Positions 28,210 to 38,003 of a DNA stretch of 64,000 nt are shown here, piece after piece. A model generated the notes under the pieces. It searched no databases. It was not told the DNA's origin and saw only the letters and a program-made list of their open reading frames with translations. This DNA is from an uncultured Prevotella sp. (GTDB taxonomy: Bacteria; Bacteroidota; Bacteroidia; Bacteroidales; Bacteroidaceae), in assembly GCA_963547405.1 (NCBI GenBank), contig CAUURC010000005.1, forward strand, positions 3,655-67,654, read 5' to 3'. The position numbers were made by a program, and so were the translations under genes. Each line of letters opens with the position of its first letter. The stretch's first letter is position 1.

Positions 28210-30420
28210 ATGAACGTTATTACAAAAACAGTTCAATTGCCTGATGGCAGAACCATCACAATTGAGACCGGAAAAGTTGCAAAACAGGCTGATGGCTCGG
28301 CGGTTCTCCGCATGGGCAACACAGTGCTCCTCGCAACTGTTTGTGCAGCAAAGGAAGCAGTTCCGGGTACAGATTTCATGCCTTTGCAAGTAGATTATCG
28401 TGAGCAGTACAGCGCCGCAGGTCGTTTTCCCGGTGGCTTTACAAAGCGCGAAGGCAAAGCCAACGACGATGAAGTTCTTACTTCACGCCTTGTGGACCGC
28501 GCGTTGCGTCCACTTTTCCCATCAGATTACCATTGCGAAGTTTATGTACAGGTGATGTTGCTCTCTGCCGACGGCGTAGATCAGCCCGACGCATTGGCCG
28601 GATTTGCTGCATCTGCAGCTATGGCTTGCTCCGACATCCCCTTTGATTATACGATTTCAGAGGTGCGTGTAGCACGCATCAATGGCGAATATGTCATCAA
28701 CCCAACCTTCCAACAGATGGGCGAGGCCGACATGGACTTGATTATCGCTGCCACCAAAGACAACATCATGATGGTGGAAGGTGAGATGAAAGAAGTGTCA
28801 GAACTTGATCTGATCGGCGCGCTTAAGGCTGCTCACGAGGCTATCAAGCCCATGTGCGCGTTGCAAGATGAGCTTGCCAAAGAGTTAGGTACCGACAAGA
28901 AGCGTGAATATGATGACGAGGTGAACGATGAAGAGTTGCGTCAACAGATTAAGAACGAGCTTTATCAACCCGCTTACGACATCAATCATCAGGCTTTGGA
29001 GAAGCACGCACGCCACGAAGCTTTCGACAAATTGCTGGCTGACTTCATAGAAAAGTATGACGCAGCACACACCGATCTGTCGGATGATGAGCGCGACGAG
29101 AAGCATGCTCTGGCCGCTCGCTACTACGAAGATGTGATGCGCGACGTGATGCGCCGCTGCATCCTCGACGAAGGTTTGCGTCTTGACGGCCGTGCCACCG
29201 ACGAAATCCGCCCCATTTGGAGCGAGGTATCTCCGCTGCCTATGCCACATGGAAGCGCCCTTTTCCAGCGTGGTGAGACGCTGTCGCTCTCTACCTGTAC
29301 GCTCGGAACCAAGCTCGACGAGAAGCTCGTGGACGATGTATTGTACAAGAACTATCAGCGTTTCCTCCTCCACTACAACTTCCCACCGTTCTCTACGGGT
29401 GAAGCTAAGGCTCAACGCGGCGTAGGTCGTCGTGAAATCGGCCACGGTCATCTGGCATGGCGCGGTCTGAAGGGTCAGATTCCGGAGGAATTCCCCTATA
29501 CTATCCGTCTGGTGAGCCAGATTCTGGAGTCTAACGGTTCGTCGTCTATGGCCACTGTATGTGCCGGAACACTCGCGCTGATGGATGCCGGCGTACCAAT
29601 GAAGAAGCCGGTGAGCGGTATTGCCATGGGCTTGATCAAGAATCCGGGCGAAGACAAGTTCGCTATCCTGAGCGATATCCTCGGCGATGAGGACCACTTG
29701 GGTGACATGGACTTCAAGACAACGGGTACACGCGATGGTCTGACCGCCACACAGATGGACATTAAGTGCGACGGTCTGAGCTTCGAAATTCTCGAAAAGG
29801 CGCTCATGCAGGCCAAGGCCGGTCGTGAACACATCCTCGATAAGATGATGGAGACCATCTCTGAGCCACGCGCCGAACTGAAACCGCAGGTTCCACGCAT
29901 AGAAGCCTTCGATATTCCGAAAGAGTTTATCGGCGCGGTAATTGGCCCCGGTGGCAAGATTATCCAGCAAATGCAGGAAGATACAGGTGCTACCATCACG
30001 ATTGACGAGGCCGACGGCGTAGGAAAGGTACAGGTTTCTGCACCTAACAGAGACAGCATCAACGCAGCAATAGCCAAGATTAGAGCCATCGTAGCCATTC
30101 CCGAAGTAGGCGAAGTCTATGAGGGTACCGTTCGTTCGGTGATGCCTTACGGTTGCTTCGTTGAGATTTTGCCGGGTCGCGATGGTCTTCTCCATATCTC
30201 AGAGATAGATTGGAAGCGTCTCGAAACGGTAGAAGACGCCGGAATTAAGGAAGGTGACAAGTTGCGCGTGAAGCTTTTGGAAATCGATCCCAAGACCGGT
30301 AAGTACAAACTCTCTCACCGTGCGCTCCTGCCGAAGCCCGAAGGCTACGTAGAACGCGAACGTCGTCCACGTCCGGAACGTGGTGAGCGTCGCCCACGGC
30401 GTGAAAGCGAGTCTCGCTAA
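28210..30420 (+). CDS. pnp: polynucleotide phosphorylase / polyribonucleotide nucleotidyltransferase
   Basis: 736 aa with two RNase PH-like cores, a KH domain ([16 protein letters not shown]) and an S1 domain ([20 protein letters not shown]). The N-terminus is the conserved ...[22 protein letters not shown]. Confidence 0.97.
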   Translation: MNVITKTVQLPDGRTITIETGKVAKQADGSAVLRMGNTVLLATVCAAKEAVPGTDFMPLQVDYREQYSAAGRFPGGFTKREGKANDDEVLTSRLVDRALRPLFPSDYHCEVYVQVMLLSADGVDQPDALAGFAASAAMACSDIPFDYTISEVRVARINGEYVINPTFQQMGEADMDLIIAATKDNIMMVEGEMKEVSELDLIGALKAAHEAIKPMCALQDELAKELGTDKKREYDDEVNDEELRQQIKNELYQPAYDINHQALEKHARHEAFDKLLADFIEKYDAAHTDLSDDERDEKHALAARYYEDVMRDVMRRCILDEGLRLDGRATDEIRPIWSEVSPLPMPHGSALFQRGETLSLSTCTLGTKLDEKLVDDVLYKNYQRFLLHYNFPPFSTGEAKAQRGVGRREIGHGHLAWRGLKGQIPEEFPYTIRLVSQILESNGSSSMATVCAGTLALMDAGVPMKKPVSGIAMGLIKNPGEDKFAILSDILGDEDHLGDMDFKTTGTRDGLTATQMDIKCDGLSFEILEKALMQAKAGREHILDKMMETISEPRAELKPQVPRIEAFDIPKEFIGAVIGPGGKIIQQMQEDTGATITIDEADGVGKVQVSAPNRDSINAAIAKIRAIVAIPEVGEVYEGTVRSVMPYGCFVEILPGRDGLLHISEIDWKRLETVEDAGIKEGDKLRVKLLEIDPKTGKYKLSHRALLPKPEGYVERERRPRPERGERRPRRESESR

Positions 30421-30459
30421 AACCAATTAAAGCAACATCAGAATAGCTTAAAAATAGTA

Positions 30460-30497
30460 ATCCCGACGGTTCTTCAGTGAATCGTCGGGATTTTTTT
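30460..30497 (+). terminator. rho-independent terminator of pnp
   Basis: atcccgacg (30460-30468) pairs with cgtcgggat (30483-30491), followed by a T-run to 30497. Confidence 0.75.
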
Positions 30498-30582
30498 ATT
30501 GACCGATTAGGAACATTTTCTAGTCTGATTAGGGCAAACCAGTCAGATAAGTTTGCCCCAATCCAAACCCATCAGAACATTC

Positions 30583-31899
30583 TCAATTCTTAAATCGGGC
30601 TTCTTCGGGGTCATAGCTGTCGAGCTTCTTCTCGAAATAAGCCTTAAAATCGCTCCAGCGATAGTAGGGCGCGATGTCGGTAGCGATGGGTAGCGTCGCC
30701 TCGTTCTCATTGCGCAGCACCTTAAAAATGATGTCGCTCATATCGCCGGGGTTGGCTCCAGACTTGCGATAGAAGATGAACTGAATGTTGCAGGCCATGG
30801 GGAAGATATTATAATCGCACCATTTTTCCTGATCTATCTTTTCAAGATCATTGATCGACTTGCCCATTCCGTCGAGGTCGAGCAGGCAGGTCAGCGGCAT
30901 AACCATCGTGTCATGACCATAGCGCAGCGTTGCTCCGGGGTGGTCAAGGCGCAAGCAGCTGTCGGCCGTCTCAATGATATTGCGCAACAGGTTGCGCTGG
31001 CTGAAGGGCTGAATGCCGCCACTGAGCGGACTGCCACCATAGTTGATATACCACCACGCGTTGTTAGTCTTCCAATAGTTATAGATTTCGGTGTCGTTGA
31101 AGATGGGCCACAACGAAATCTGATGACGCAGTTCGGTGCTCTGGATGTTGCTCGCGTTCTTTATCAACTTGCTGAACAACTTACCGCTATCTACATTGTT
31201 CTTCCAGTATTCCTTATCGTTGAAAAGCAGATTCATCACACGTTCGGGCTTAACATACTTGGCTTTGAACGGCACAAATACTTTCTTGATTTCGTCACTT
31301 TTCCTCCTTGCCTGCAGTTTTTTGTCCTCTAAGTTCATGTAATACATATCGTGATGGCTGGCATCGTGTGTAATCCGCAGCTCCGGATTGACCAACAGCA
31401 ATTGGTGCAAGGCATTTTCCATAGAGAGGATGCAGCGGATTACCACCGTACTCTTGGCGTCGATGTTCGTCGGACCGGCGAAAACTTCCGGGAAGTTACG
31501 AATCATGCGCAGCGCGATTCCTTTGTGCTGCTCGGCTCCACGCTGTGTCAGTTCGCCATAACGGTCGCGCGCCGCGTCGTCCAACAACTGCATTTTGCGC
31601 AACACATCCTTACCCGTGGCCGTCAGTTTGCCGGCTTTGTCGGCCTCTTTCAATATGGCTACCGGTTCGGTATAGTCTTTCGGATCGATGAGCCATCGCG
31701 AACCGTGGCGTCCATAGTGGCTTATATAATAAGGTATATAGCCTTCGGGCGTCGGCGTAAGCTGACCGGTAGGGCCGGGATAGGCCCAATAGGCGTCGGC
31801 CGCCATGTCGCGGTTGTTCTTAAAGTCCACTCTTGGATTTTGGGCAAACAGCGTTGCCGCACAGGCTAAAGCCAGGGAAAATACTAAAAACTTTTTCAT
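30583..31899 (-). CDS. secreted histidine acid phosphatase family protein
   Basis: Signal peptide MKKFLVFSLALACAATLFAQ. The RHGxR active-site motif appears in YISHYGRHGSRW, and the downstream HD in RYGHDTMV. Confidence 0.8.
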   Translation of the reverse strand: MKKFLVFSLALACAATLFAQNPRVDFKNNRDMAADAYWAYPGPTGQLTPTPEGYIPYYISHYGRHGSRWLIDPKDYTEPVAILKEADKAGKLTATGKDVLRKMQLLDDAARDRYGELTQRGAEQHKGIALRMIRNFPEVFAGPTNIDAKSTVVIRCILSMENALHQLLLVNPELRITHDASHHDMYYMNLEDKKLQARRKSDEIKKVFVPFKAKYVKPERVMNLLFNDKEYWKNNVDSGKLFSKLIKNASNIQSTELRHQISLWPIFNDTEIYNYWKTNNAWWYINYGGSPLSGGIQPFSQRNLLRNIIETADSCLRLDHPGATLRYGHDTMVMPLTCLLDLDGMGKSINDLEKIDQEKWCDYNIFPMACNIQFIFYRKSGANPGDMSDIIFKVLRNENEATLPIATDIAPYYRWSDFKAYFEKKLDSYDPEEARFKN

Positions 31900-31993
31900 T
31901 GTTATTAAGTGATTGGTGATTTATCGGTTTTGGCGAATGCGCTTCACAGGCCTCACAAGCCCATGACGCTTTCATGCACAGGTCGAAAACAAC

Positions 31994-33655
31994 CTAATAT
32001 TTAAAGGAACTGCCACCCAGAAACTCGCGCAACAGACTGGTAGGTGGCAAATCTCTGTAGGACAACGGCGTGAAATAATGCAGAAACTTGAGTAGCCGAT
32101 AAGCCTCGCTATGTTCCTCGCAATTCTCCGGAACCTGCTGCAACAGCGGCTCGGCCTGCGTCTTGATAACCGCCAACTCGTAGAGCATGGCCGAGTTGAA
32201 CATCACATCGGCATTCTCCTGATAAGGAAAGATCCATTTGTTCTCGCCCGCTCTGACGCTGGGCCAGCGGCGAATGGTCTCCCGAGCGTCCACACCACGA
32301 TACTTATAGTCGCGGATGATGCGCCGCAGAAGGCGGTTGTCGGTAGTAGGGATGTAGTTGTGGTCGTCGAGGAGGATGGTGGTGAGGGCCGAAGCATACA
32401 CCCTGAACTTCTGCGATTCGGCTATCTGTGCCGTCAGTTTGGGATTGAGGGCATGGATTCCCTCCACGATGAGCACGTTATTATCGGCCATGCGGAGTCG
32501 CTTATCGCCCTTTTCGCTCCGCCCCGTCTGAAAGTTATACCGTGGTAGTAGCACTTCCTCGCCACGAAAGAGGGCCTGAAACTGCTGATTGATGAGTTCC
32601 AGATTCAGCGCGTATATGTTTTCGTAGTCATAATCGCCGTTTTCGCCCTTCGGCGTCTGCTCCCGGTCGACGAAATAATCATCGAGCGATATTTGCAACG
32701 GCTTGATACCATTGGCCAACAGCTGCACGGAGAGCCGCTTGCACGTCGTTGTCTTGCCCGAAGAGGACGGCCCCGCCAGCAGCACGAGCTTCACTTCGGG
32801 TCTTGAAGCAATCTGATCGGCGATGGAAGCAATCTTCTTCTCCTGCAAGGCCTCGCTCACGTTGATGATATCGGTGGCATGTCCGGCGGCCACCGCTTCG
32901 TTGAAGTCGCCCACCGTACGCAGTCCGAGGATGCGCTGCCACGCGTGGTGCTCCTTAAAAATGTCGAACATCTTGTCCTGCCGCGTCATTTCGGGCAGCA
33001 CACCGGGGTCGGTCGCCGAGGGGATACGTAGCAACAAGCCGTCGTAATAAGGTTCCAGACCGAAGAGATAGAGCTGCGATGTATTGGTGAGCAGCGCACC
33101 GTAGAAGTAGTCTACGTAGTCGTCAATCTGGTAATAGGTCGTGTAGAGCGACCCCGAGTTGCTGAGCAATTTCACCTTCGCTTCGTCGCCCTTCTCCCGA
33201 AAAACGGCCAGCGCCTTCTCCGTGAGCACCTCGTAGCGACGAACAGGCATGCGGGCGTCGATGATCTGCTGCATGCGCTGCCGAATACGATCTACATCGG
33301 CCGTAGTAACAGCGTGATCGAGTTTCAAATCTACGTAGTAGCCATTCGACACGGGAATATCAATCACGACCTTGGCGTTGCGATACAGGTCGTGAACGGC
33401 CTTACAAAGCACGAAGAACAGCGTGCGGGTATAATTGCGCGAGGCCGAGGCCGACCGCATATCAAGAAACTCCACGGTCTTACTTCGGTACACGCGATAG
33501 TGCATACCCTCCACTTTGTTGTTGACCTTGGCACAGATTGGGCCGTAAGGCATATTTAGATTAAATTCCCGGAAAGCGTCAGAAAGTGAACTGCCAATAG
33601 CTATGTTTTGAGTTTTTTTGTTATTTTTGCAACAGATTTGTATTACTTGTTTCAT
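31994..33655 (-). CDS. uridine-kinase-like nucleoside kinase with N-terminal TGS/ThrRS-like extension
   Basis: P-loop LLAGPSSSGKTTTCKRL. The 553-aa architecture is typical of the Bacteroidota nucleoside kinase family. Confidence 0.7.
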   Translation of the reverse strand: MKQVIQICCKNNKKTQNIAIGSSLSDAFREFNLNMPYGPICAKVNNKVEGMHYRVYRSKTVEFLDMRSASASRNYTRTLFFVLCKAVHDLYRNAKVVIDIPVSNGYYVDLKLDHAVTTADVDRIRQRMQQIIDARMPVRRYEVLTEKALAVFREKGDEAKVKLLSNSGSLYTTYYQIDDYVDYFYGALLTNTSQLYLFGLEPYYDGLLLRIPSATDPGVLPEMTRQDKMFDIFKEHHAWQRILGLRTVGDFNEAVAAGHATDIINVSEALQEKKIASIADQIASRPEVKLVLLAGPSSSGKTTTCKRLSVQLLANGIKPLQISLDDYFVDREQTPKGENGDYDYENIYALNLELINQQFQALFRGEEVLLPRYNFQTGRSEKGDKRLRMADNNVLIVEGIHALNPKLTAQIAESQKFRVYASALTTILLDDHNYIPTTDNRLLRRIIRDYKYRGVDARETIRRWPSVRAGENKWIFPYQENADVMFNSAMLYELAVIKTQAEPLLQQVPENCEEHSEAYRLLKFLHYFTPLSYRDLPPTSLLREFLGGSSFKY

Positions 33656-33744
33656 TCGTATTGACCGTTTTAAAGCTCATAAGGTTAGACGAATGTAAAG
33701 TTAGTAATAATTATCGACTTGCTGATTACTAATTAGATAAAAAT

Positions 33745-35454
33745 ATGTCGATTTGGATTTTTTTTAAACTTATTGGTGCACTGGCTCTCTTGATGTTTGG
33801 TATGAAGTCAATGAGTGACAGTCTCCAGAAGATGGCGGGGCCGCAGTTGCGACACATTTTGGGCGCCATGACCACCAACCGATTCACCGGTATTCTCACA
33901 GGAACCTTTATTACAGCAGCCGTTCAGTCGTCAACAGCCACGACCGTGATGACCGTTAGCTTTGTCAACGCGGGACTATTGACGCTCGTTCAGGCCATTT
34001 CGGTCATCATGGGTGCCAATATCGGAACCACGCTTACAGCTTGGATCATGAGTGCCGGCTTCTCTTTCAACATTACCGATTTCGTATGGCCGGCCTTTTT
34101 CATCGGTATTATTCTCATCTACTCCAAGAAACGAAAACTCATAGGCGACTTTCTCTTCGGCATTTCATTCATGTTCTTAGGCTTGGGCACGTTGCGACAG
34201 GCCGGAATCGACATGGACTTGGCCCACAATCAGCCTGTGCTCGACTTCTTCGCTTCGTTCGACCCCAATAGTTTCGTCACTACGATCGTATTCCTGCTCA
34301 TCGGTAGCGTGCTCACGATGTGTGTACAGAGTTCGGCTGCCATCATGGCTATCACGATGATTCTGTGCTCTACCGGCGTGCTGCCTATCTATCAGGGCAT
34401 CGCATTGGTGATGGGCGAAAACATCGGTACGACCGTCACGTCCAATCTGGCCGCGCTGACAGCCAACGCGCAGGCCCGTCGGGCAGCTTTGGCTCACATG
34501 TTCTTCAACGTATTCGGCGTGTTGTGGGTGCTCATCATCTTCAAACCCTTCATCAATATGGTGTGCGGATGGGTCGGCTACGACGTTGATATGGCCAAAA
34601 GTGAGCCCGGTTTCTTAGCCAACGCGGCCAAACTGAGCTTCGTACTGGCAGCTTTCCACACGTCGTTCAACTTGGCCAACACCTGCATCTTAGCGGGATT
34701 CATCCGTTGGATTGAGCGATTCGTGTGCTGGGCCATCAAGCCCAAGGCCAACAAAGACGAGGAAGACTTCCGTCTGCGCTTCATTCAGGCCGGCATTATG
34801 AAGACTCCCGAGCTCTCCGTTCTCGAAGCACAAAAGGAAATCAGCTGCTTTGGCGAACGCATCCAGCGTATGTTTGGCATGGTAATGGAACTGCTGGAGA
34901 CGAAGGACAACGAAACTTTCGTAAAGCTCTTTACCCGTATCGAGAAGTATGAAAGCATCAGCGACAACATGGAAATAGAGATTGCCAAGTACTTGGATCA
35001 AGTGAGCAACGCCCATTTGAGCGACGAAACGAAGGGCAAAATCAGAGCCATGCTGCGCGAAATCAGCGAGATAGAAAGTATCGGCGACAGCTGTTACAAC
35101 CTCGCACGCACCATCAACCGCCGCCATTCGGGCAAGGAAGACTTCACGGCAGAGCAGTATGACCACATCCATCAGATGTTCGGACTGACCAACGACGCGC
35201 TGACGCACATGAACATCATGTTCGTGAAGAGCCGCGAAGCCATCGATGCCAACGCGTCGTTCAATATTGAGAACGAAATTAACAACTATCGCAACCAGCT
35301 GAAGACCCAAAACATCAGCGACGTAAACGAACATCGCTACACCTATGCCATCGGTACGATGTATATGGACATCATCGGCGAGTGCGAAAAGCTGGGCGAC
35401 TATGTAGTCAACGTGGTGGAAGCCCGCATGGGCACACGCCAACACGCTGCCTAA
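33745..35454 (+). CDS. Na/Pi cotransporter family protein with C-terminal PhoU-like domain
   Basis: Duplicated motifs QSSTATTVMTVSFVNAG and QSSAAIMAITMIL, followed by a helical PhoU-like C-terminal half. Confidence 0.85.
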   Translation: MSIWIFFKLIGALALLMFGMKSMSDSLQKMAGPQLRHILGAMTTNRFTGILTGTFITAAVQSSTATTVMTVSFVNAGLLTLVQAISVIMGANIGTTLTAWIMSAGFSFNITDFVWPAFFIGIILIYSKKRKLIGDFLFGISFMFLGLGTLRQAGIDMDLAHNQPVLDFFASFDPNSFVTTIVFLLIGSVLTMCVQSSAAIMAITMILCSTGVLPIYQGIALVMGENIGTTVTSNLAALTANAQARRAALAHMFFNVFGVLWVLIIFKPFINMVCGWVGYDVDMAKSEPGFLANAAKLSFVLAAFHTSFNLANTCILAGFIRWIERFVCWAIKPKANKDEEDFRLRFIQAGIMKTPELSVLEAQKEISCFGERIQRMFGMVMELLETKDNETFVKLFTRIEKYESISDNMEIEIAKYLDQVSNAHLSDETKGKIRAMLREISEIESIGDSCYNLARTINRRHSGKEDFTAEQYDHIHQMFGLTNDALTHMNIMFVKSREAIDANASFNIENEINNYRNQLKTQNISDVNEHRYTYAIGTMYMDIIGECEKLGDYVVNVVEARMGTRQHAA

Positions 35455-35521
35455 ACGGCCGTCAGCGAAATAAAAGACCGATTGTTTTGCGTTTCCGTTT
35501 CTTTACCGTAACTTTAGCCGC

Positions 35522-36187
35522 ATGAAGCTGCGGATACATTTCAGTCATCGGGAAGAGTTATGGAACGCGTGGAGTCACGCCTCCGGAATCCTCATCGGCG
35601 CAGTGGTAGGAGCCATATTCCTTTATATGTGCTTCACCCACGGCAACGGTTGGGCTACCGCAGGCGTGATTCTTTATTTATTCGGCATGCTCATGTCGTA
35701 CATCGCCTCGACGGCCTACCATGCTCTTTCGGCCTGGAGCAAGTGGAAAGAGCGGCTGCGACGGTGGGATCACGCCGCCATCTACTGGCATATTGCCGGC
35801 AGCTATTCGCCCATCACGCTCATCGTGCTGCGCGATCAGGGGTATTGGGGCTGGAGTCTGTTCGTCTTTATTTGGCTTTGCGCCTTGGTCGGAACGGTCA
35901 TAAGCTTTGTCCATCTCAAAGATCACAGCAATTTAGAAACATGTTGTTTCGTGGGCATGGGACTGAGCGTGCTCGTCGCTTTCAAACCTTTGGTCGACTC
36001 GCTTGCCACGGCCGACCTCATCTGGATTATAGCCGAAGGCGTCTGTTACATCACCGGCGCCGTGTTCTACAGCCTCAACAGGCGCAGATACATGCACACC
36101 GTATTCCATTTCTTCGTCCTTGCGGGCAGCATTTGCCATATCATCGCCGTGTGGAGGATATTGATGGATCAGTTGTTTTCAAATTAA
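35522..36187 (+). CDS. hemolysin III / PAQR family membrane protein
   Basis: Seven hydrophobic segments. Conserved His motifs are WNAWSHASG, STAYHAL and HTVFHFFVLAGSICH. Confidence 0.85.
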   Translation: MKLRIHFSHREELWNAWSHASGILIGAVVGAIFLYMCFTHGNGWATAGVILYLFGMLMSYIASTAYHALSAWSKWKERLRRWDHAAIYWHIAGSYSPITLIVLRDQGYWGWSLFVFIWLCALVGTVISFVHLKDHSNLETCCFVGMGLSVLVAFKPLVDSLATADLIWIIAEGVCYITGAVFYSLNRRRYMHTVFHFFVLAGSICHIIAVWRILMDQLFSN

Positions 36188-36328
36188 TCGTTGGCAAACA
36201 GCAAGGCTATGATCCGCAATAACGTATAAGATAATCGTATTCTCTTTGCTCTGAACGGTTGTATCGTTCGGATTATGGTAGTGCAAACCACGACAATAAT
36301 TATAATATCAAAGGATTAAGCATCATGC

Positions 36329-36505
36329 TCAATCCTTTGATTGTCTTTCTTCCAACTTCTTTCCTAACCATATTCCCAATGGAATGAATATTAGTATTCC
36401 ACTCAAGAAGCTAATCATTGTTTCTTTTAAATCTCGAAAACCCAAAAGAAAGGGAATTAAGGTTATTAGTATCGCTAATAACAATATTATAATATAGCGC
36501 TTCAT
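36329..36505 (-). CDS. possible small two-TM membrane protein (58 aa, below the ORF-track cutoff)
   Basis: My own translation is MKRYIIILLLAILITLIPFLLGFRDLKETMISFLSGILIFIPLGIWLGKKLEERQSKD. It has two hydrophobic helices. There is no other support. Confidence 0.25.
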   Translation of the reverse strand: MKRYIIILLLAILITLIPFLLGFRDLKETMISFLSGILIFIPLGIWLGKKLEERQSKD

Positions 36506-36966
36506 TTGCGATCTGATTTTTATACGATAGGTAAATTTTGCTGTAAATTTATATCAAATTCTGTGTTTTCCAAATATTTCTTTTAAAAGATGCAAGAATA
36601 CTACGAAAATTAGATTTACTTAAGAAATGAAAGCTCGTCAACTCTCTTTTTCATGTTAGATGATCAAATCTTAACGGTCATTTGTGAGTGAATAAAATTT
36701 GATAAATTATTCTTTTATTGAGTGTATGAAGGCAACAGAACGAGATTCAAGGGAGTAGATTATGCGCAAAGAGATGGGGGCAGGGCGGTGATTCATCACG
36801 TTCCGTTTCGGCCTTTTTCCGTTTTCACGCCACATGCCACGCAATAGAAATGTAATGTTTCTATCATAAAAACGGCCTCTAAAAATTCTTCAACCAGAGA
36901 GAAAAACAGAGATAAAACTGCGTTTTCTACGCTAACGGCAAACCATTTTTATCGTATTCCGATGTC

Positions 36967-37067
36967 AAAGCATAGCTTTTGCACGGCCAAAGCAGCCCTT
37001 TTAGGAGGTGAAAGCATAGCTTTTGGCATGTAAAAGGGCTGCTTTCATCGGGCAAAAGCTATGCTTT
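36967..37067. repeat. long imperfect inverted repeat built from AAAGC-ATA-GCTTT-type units (structured intergenic element, copy 1)
   Basis: Left arm 36967-37003 and right arm 37031-37067 pair as a 16-bp stem, a 6-nt bubble and a 15-bp stem. A third aaagcatagctttt unit sits in the loop. Confidence 0.7.
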
Positions 37068-37259
37068 TAGCCCGTTTTTTCAGTGTTTTTGCCCCCTTTT
37101 TGTGACGCCCGGGCATCGTGTTTCTTCACAAACAGCTGATTATCAGCTGCTTGCCTACTTTTCGTCAACTATCAAAATGCTTGGCTTATTTGCGAAAACT
37201 TTTTTCCTGACGCAAAATAAAAGAGCGGTTTGTACGATTTTTTCACAACGAATTTAACT

Positions 37260-37432
37260 AAAAAACGCGCGCAAAAGACTACTTTATGCTCTAACCACCC
37301 GCCTGCCCGCCCGTTCACCGACATGATGATTACCGACATAGCTTTTTATCTATCGCTTGATAAATTTTATCTGTTGTGTCCTTTTCCGATAAGCCCTACC
37401 TTTGCATCAGAAAAAGAAACATTATTTATAAT
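37260..37432 (+). repeat. left copy of a 173-bp direct repeat (duplicated dps promoter region)
   Basis: It aligns with 44718-44890 with 9 mismatches, and the 3' part of about 95 bp is identical. It contains a TAccTTTG -7 box at 37397-37404. Confidence 0.9.
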
Positions 37433-37563
37433 TTATTTCTTTGTTTGTAATCTATCTTTCACTATATTTGTCAGCAGAAACAACTTTTACCTTAAATAAT
37501 CAGACACAGAGAAGGCGTTGTTTTTTAGTAAAAAATAATCTAATCAATTTATATTTTTAGCTT

Positions 37564-37998
37564 ATGAAAAAATATTGTTTATCCTTTTATCTATTATTAT
37601 TACCATTCATTTCTGTTGCACAGAATCAGATTGGGTACGGTTACGATTCGGGCGGCAACCGAGTAAAACGTAAGATAATCATGACTTCTCCCAAAGGGAT
37701 GGCAAAACCGGAGGCATTTCATTCGCAAAATCAAATATACGTAGAAGCACTCCGTGAACATACAGTATCAATCTATCCCAACCCAACCGAAGGAGATTTG
37801 AAGGTTCGTATCCTGAGTTTGACAGACTCGGATAAATGTGTATGGTGGATATATACTAATCAAGGAAAACAGATCTTGACGGGTAAGGTTGTCAATGGAT
37901 GTGTAGATATAAATATCAACAATCAGCCTTCTGGTATCTATCTTTTGAAAATAACCATTAATAATCAGTCTACAACATGGAAAATCATCAAGAAATAA
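37564..37998 (+). CDS. small secreted protein: signal peptide, a single YD/RHS-type repeat and a T9SS C-terminal sorting domain
   Basis: Signal peptide MKKYCLSFYLLLLPFISVAQ. GYGYDSGGNRVKR matches the YDxxGN(R) RHS repeat. The CTD motifs are SIYPNPTEGDLKV, SGIYLLKI and WKIIKK. Its stop lies 5 nt before the Rhs ATG. Confidence 0.75.
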   Translation: MKKYCLSFYLLLLPFISVAQNQIGYGYDSGGNRVKRKIIMTSPKGMAKPEAFHSQNQIYVEALREHTVSIYPNPTEGDLKVRILSLTDSDKCVWWIYTNQGKQILTGKVVNGCVDININNQPSGIYLLKITINNQSTTWKIIKK

Positions 37999-38003
37999 AA
38001 CGT

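Noticed and set aside
28885-30195. 436-aa minus ORF, and other minus ORFs, inside pnp
   Set aside because: They are antisense to an unmistakable PNPase gene, and their composition is typical of shadow frames.
30520-30562. Inverted repeat gggcaaac / gtttgccc as a terminator for the phosphatase gene
   Set aside because: It has only an 8-bp stem with a long loop and no U-run on the minus strand. That is too weak to call.
35560-36222. 220-aa alternative-frame + ORF overlapping the hemolysin III gene
   Set aside because: Its translation is Arg/His-rich and low-complexity. The 35522 frame gives a seven-TM PAQR protein with conserved His motifs.
37230-37499. 89-aa + ORF spanning the left direct repeat
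   Set aside because: It lies in duplicated promoter DNA. The equivalent sequence at the right copy is non-coding, directly upstream of dps.
37977-38003. Rhs start at 37977, overlapping the mini-protein gene
   Set aside because: The ATG at 38004 directly precedes the signal peptide and follows the upstream stop by 5 nt. The earlier start cannot be excluded, but it adds a charged pre-sequence.
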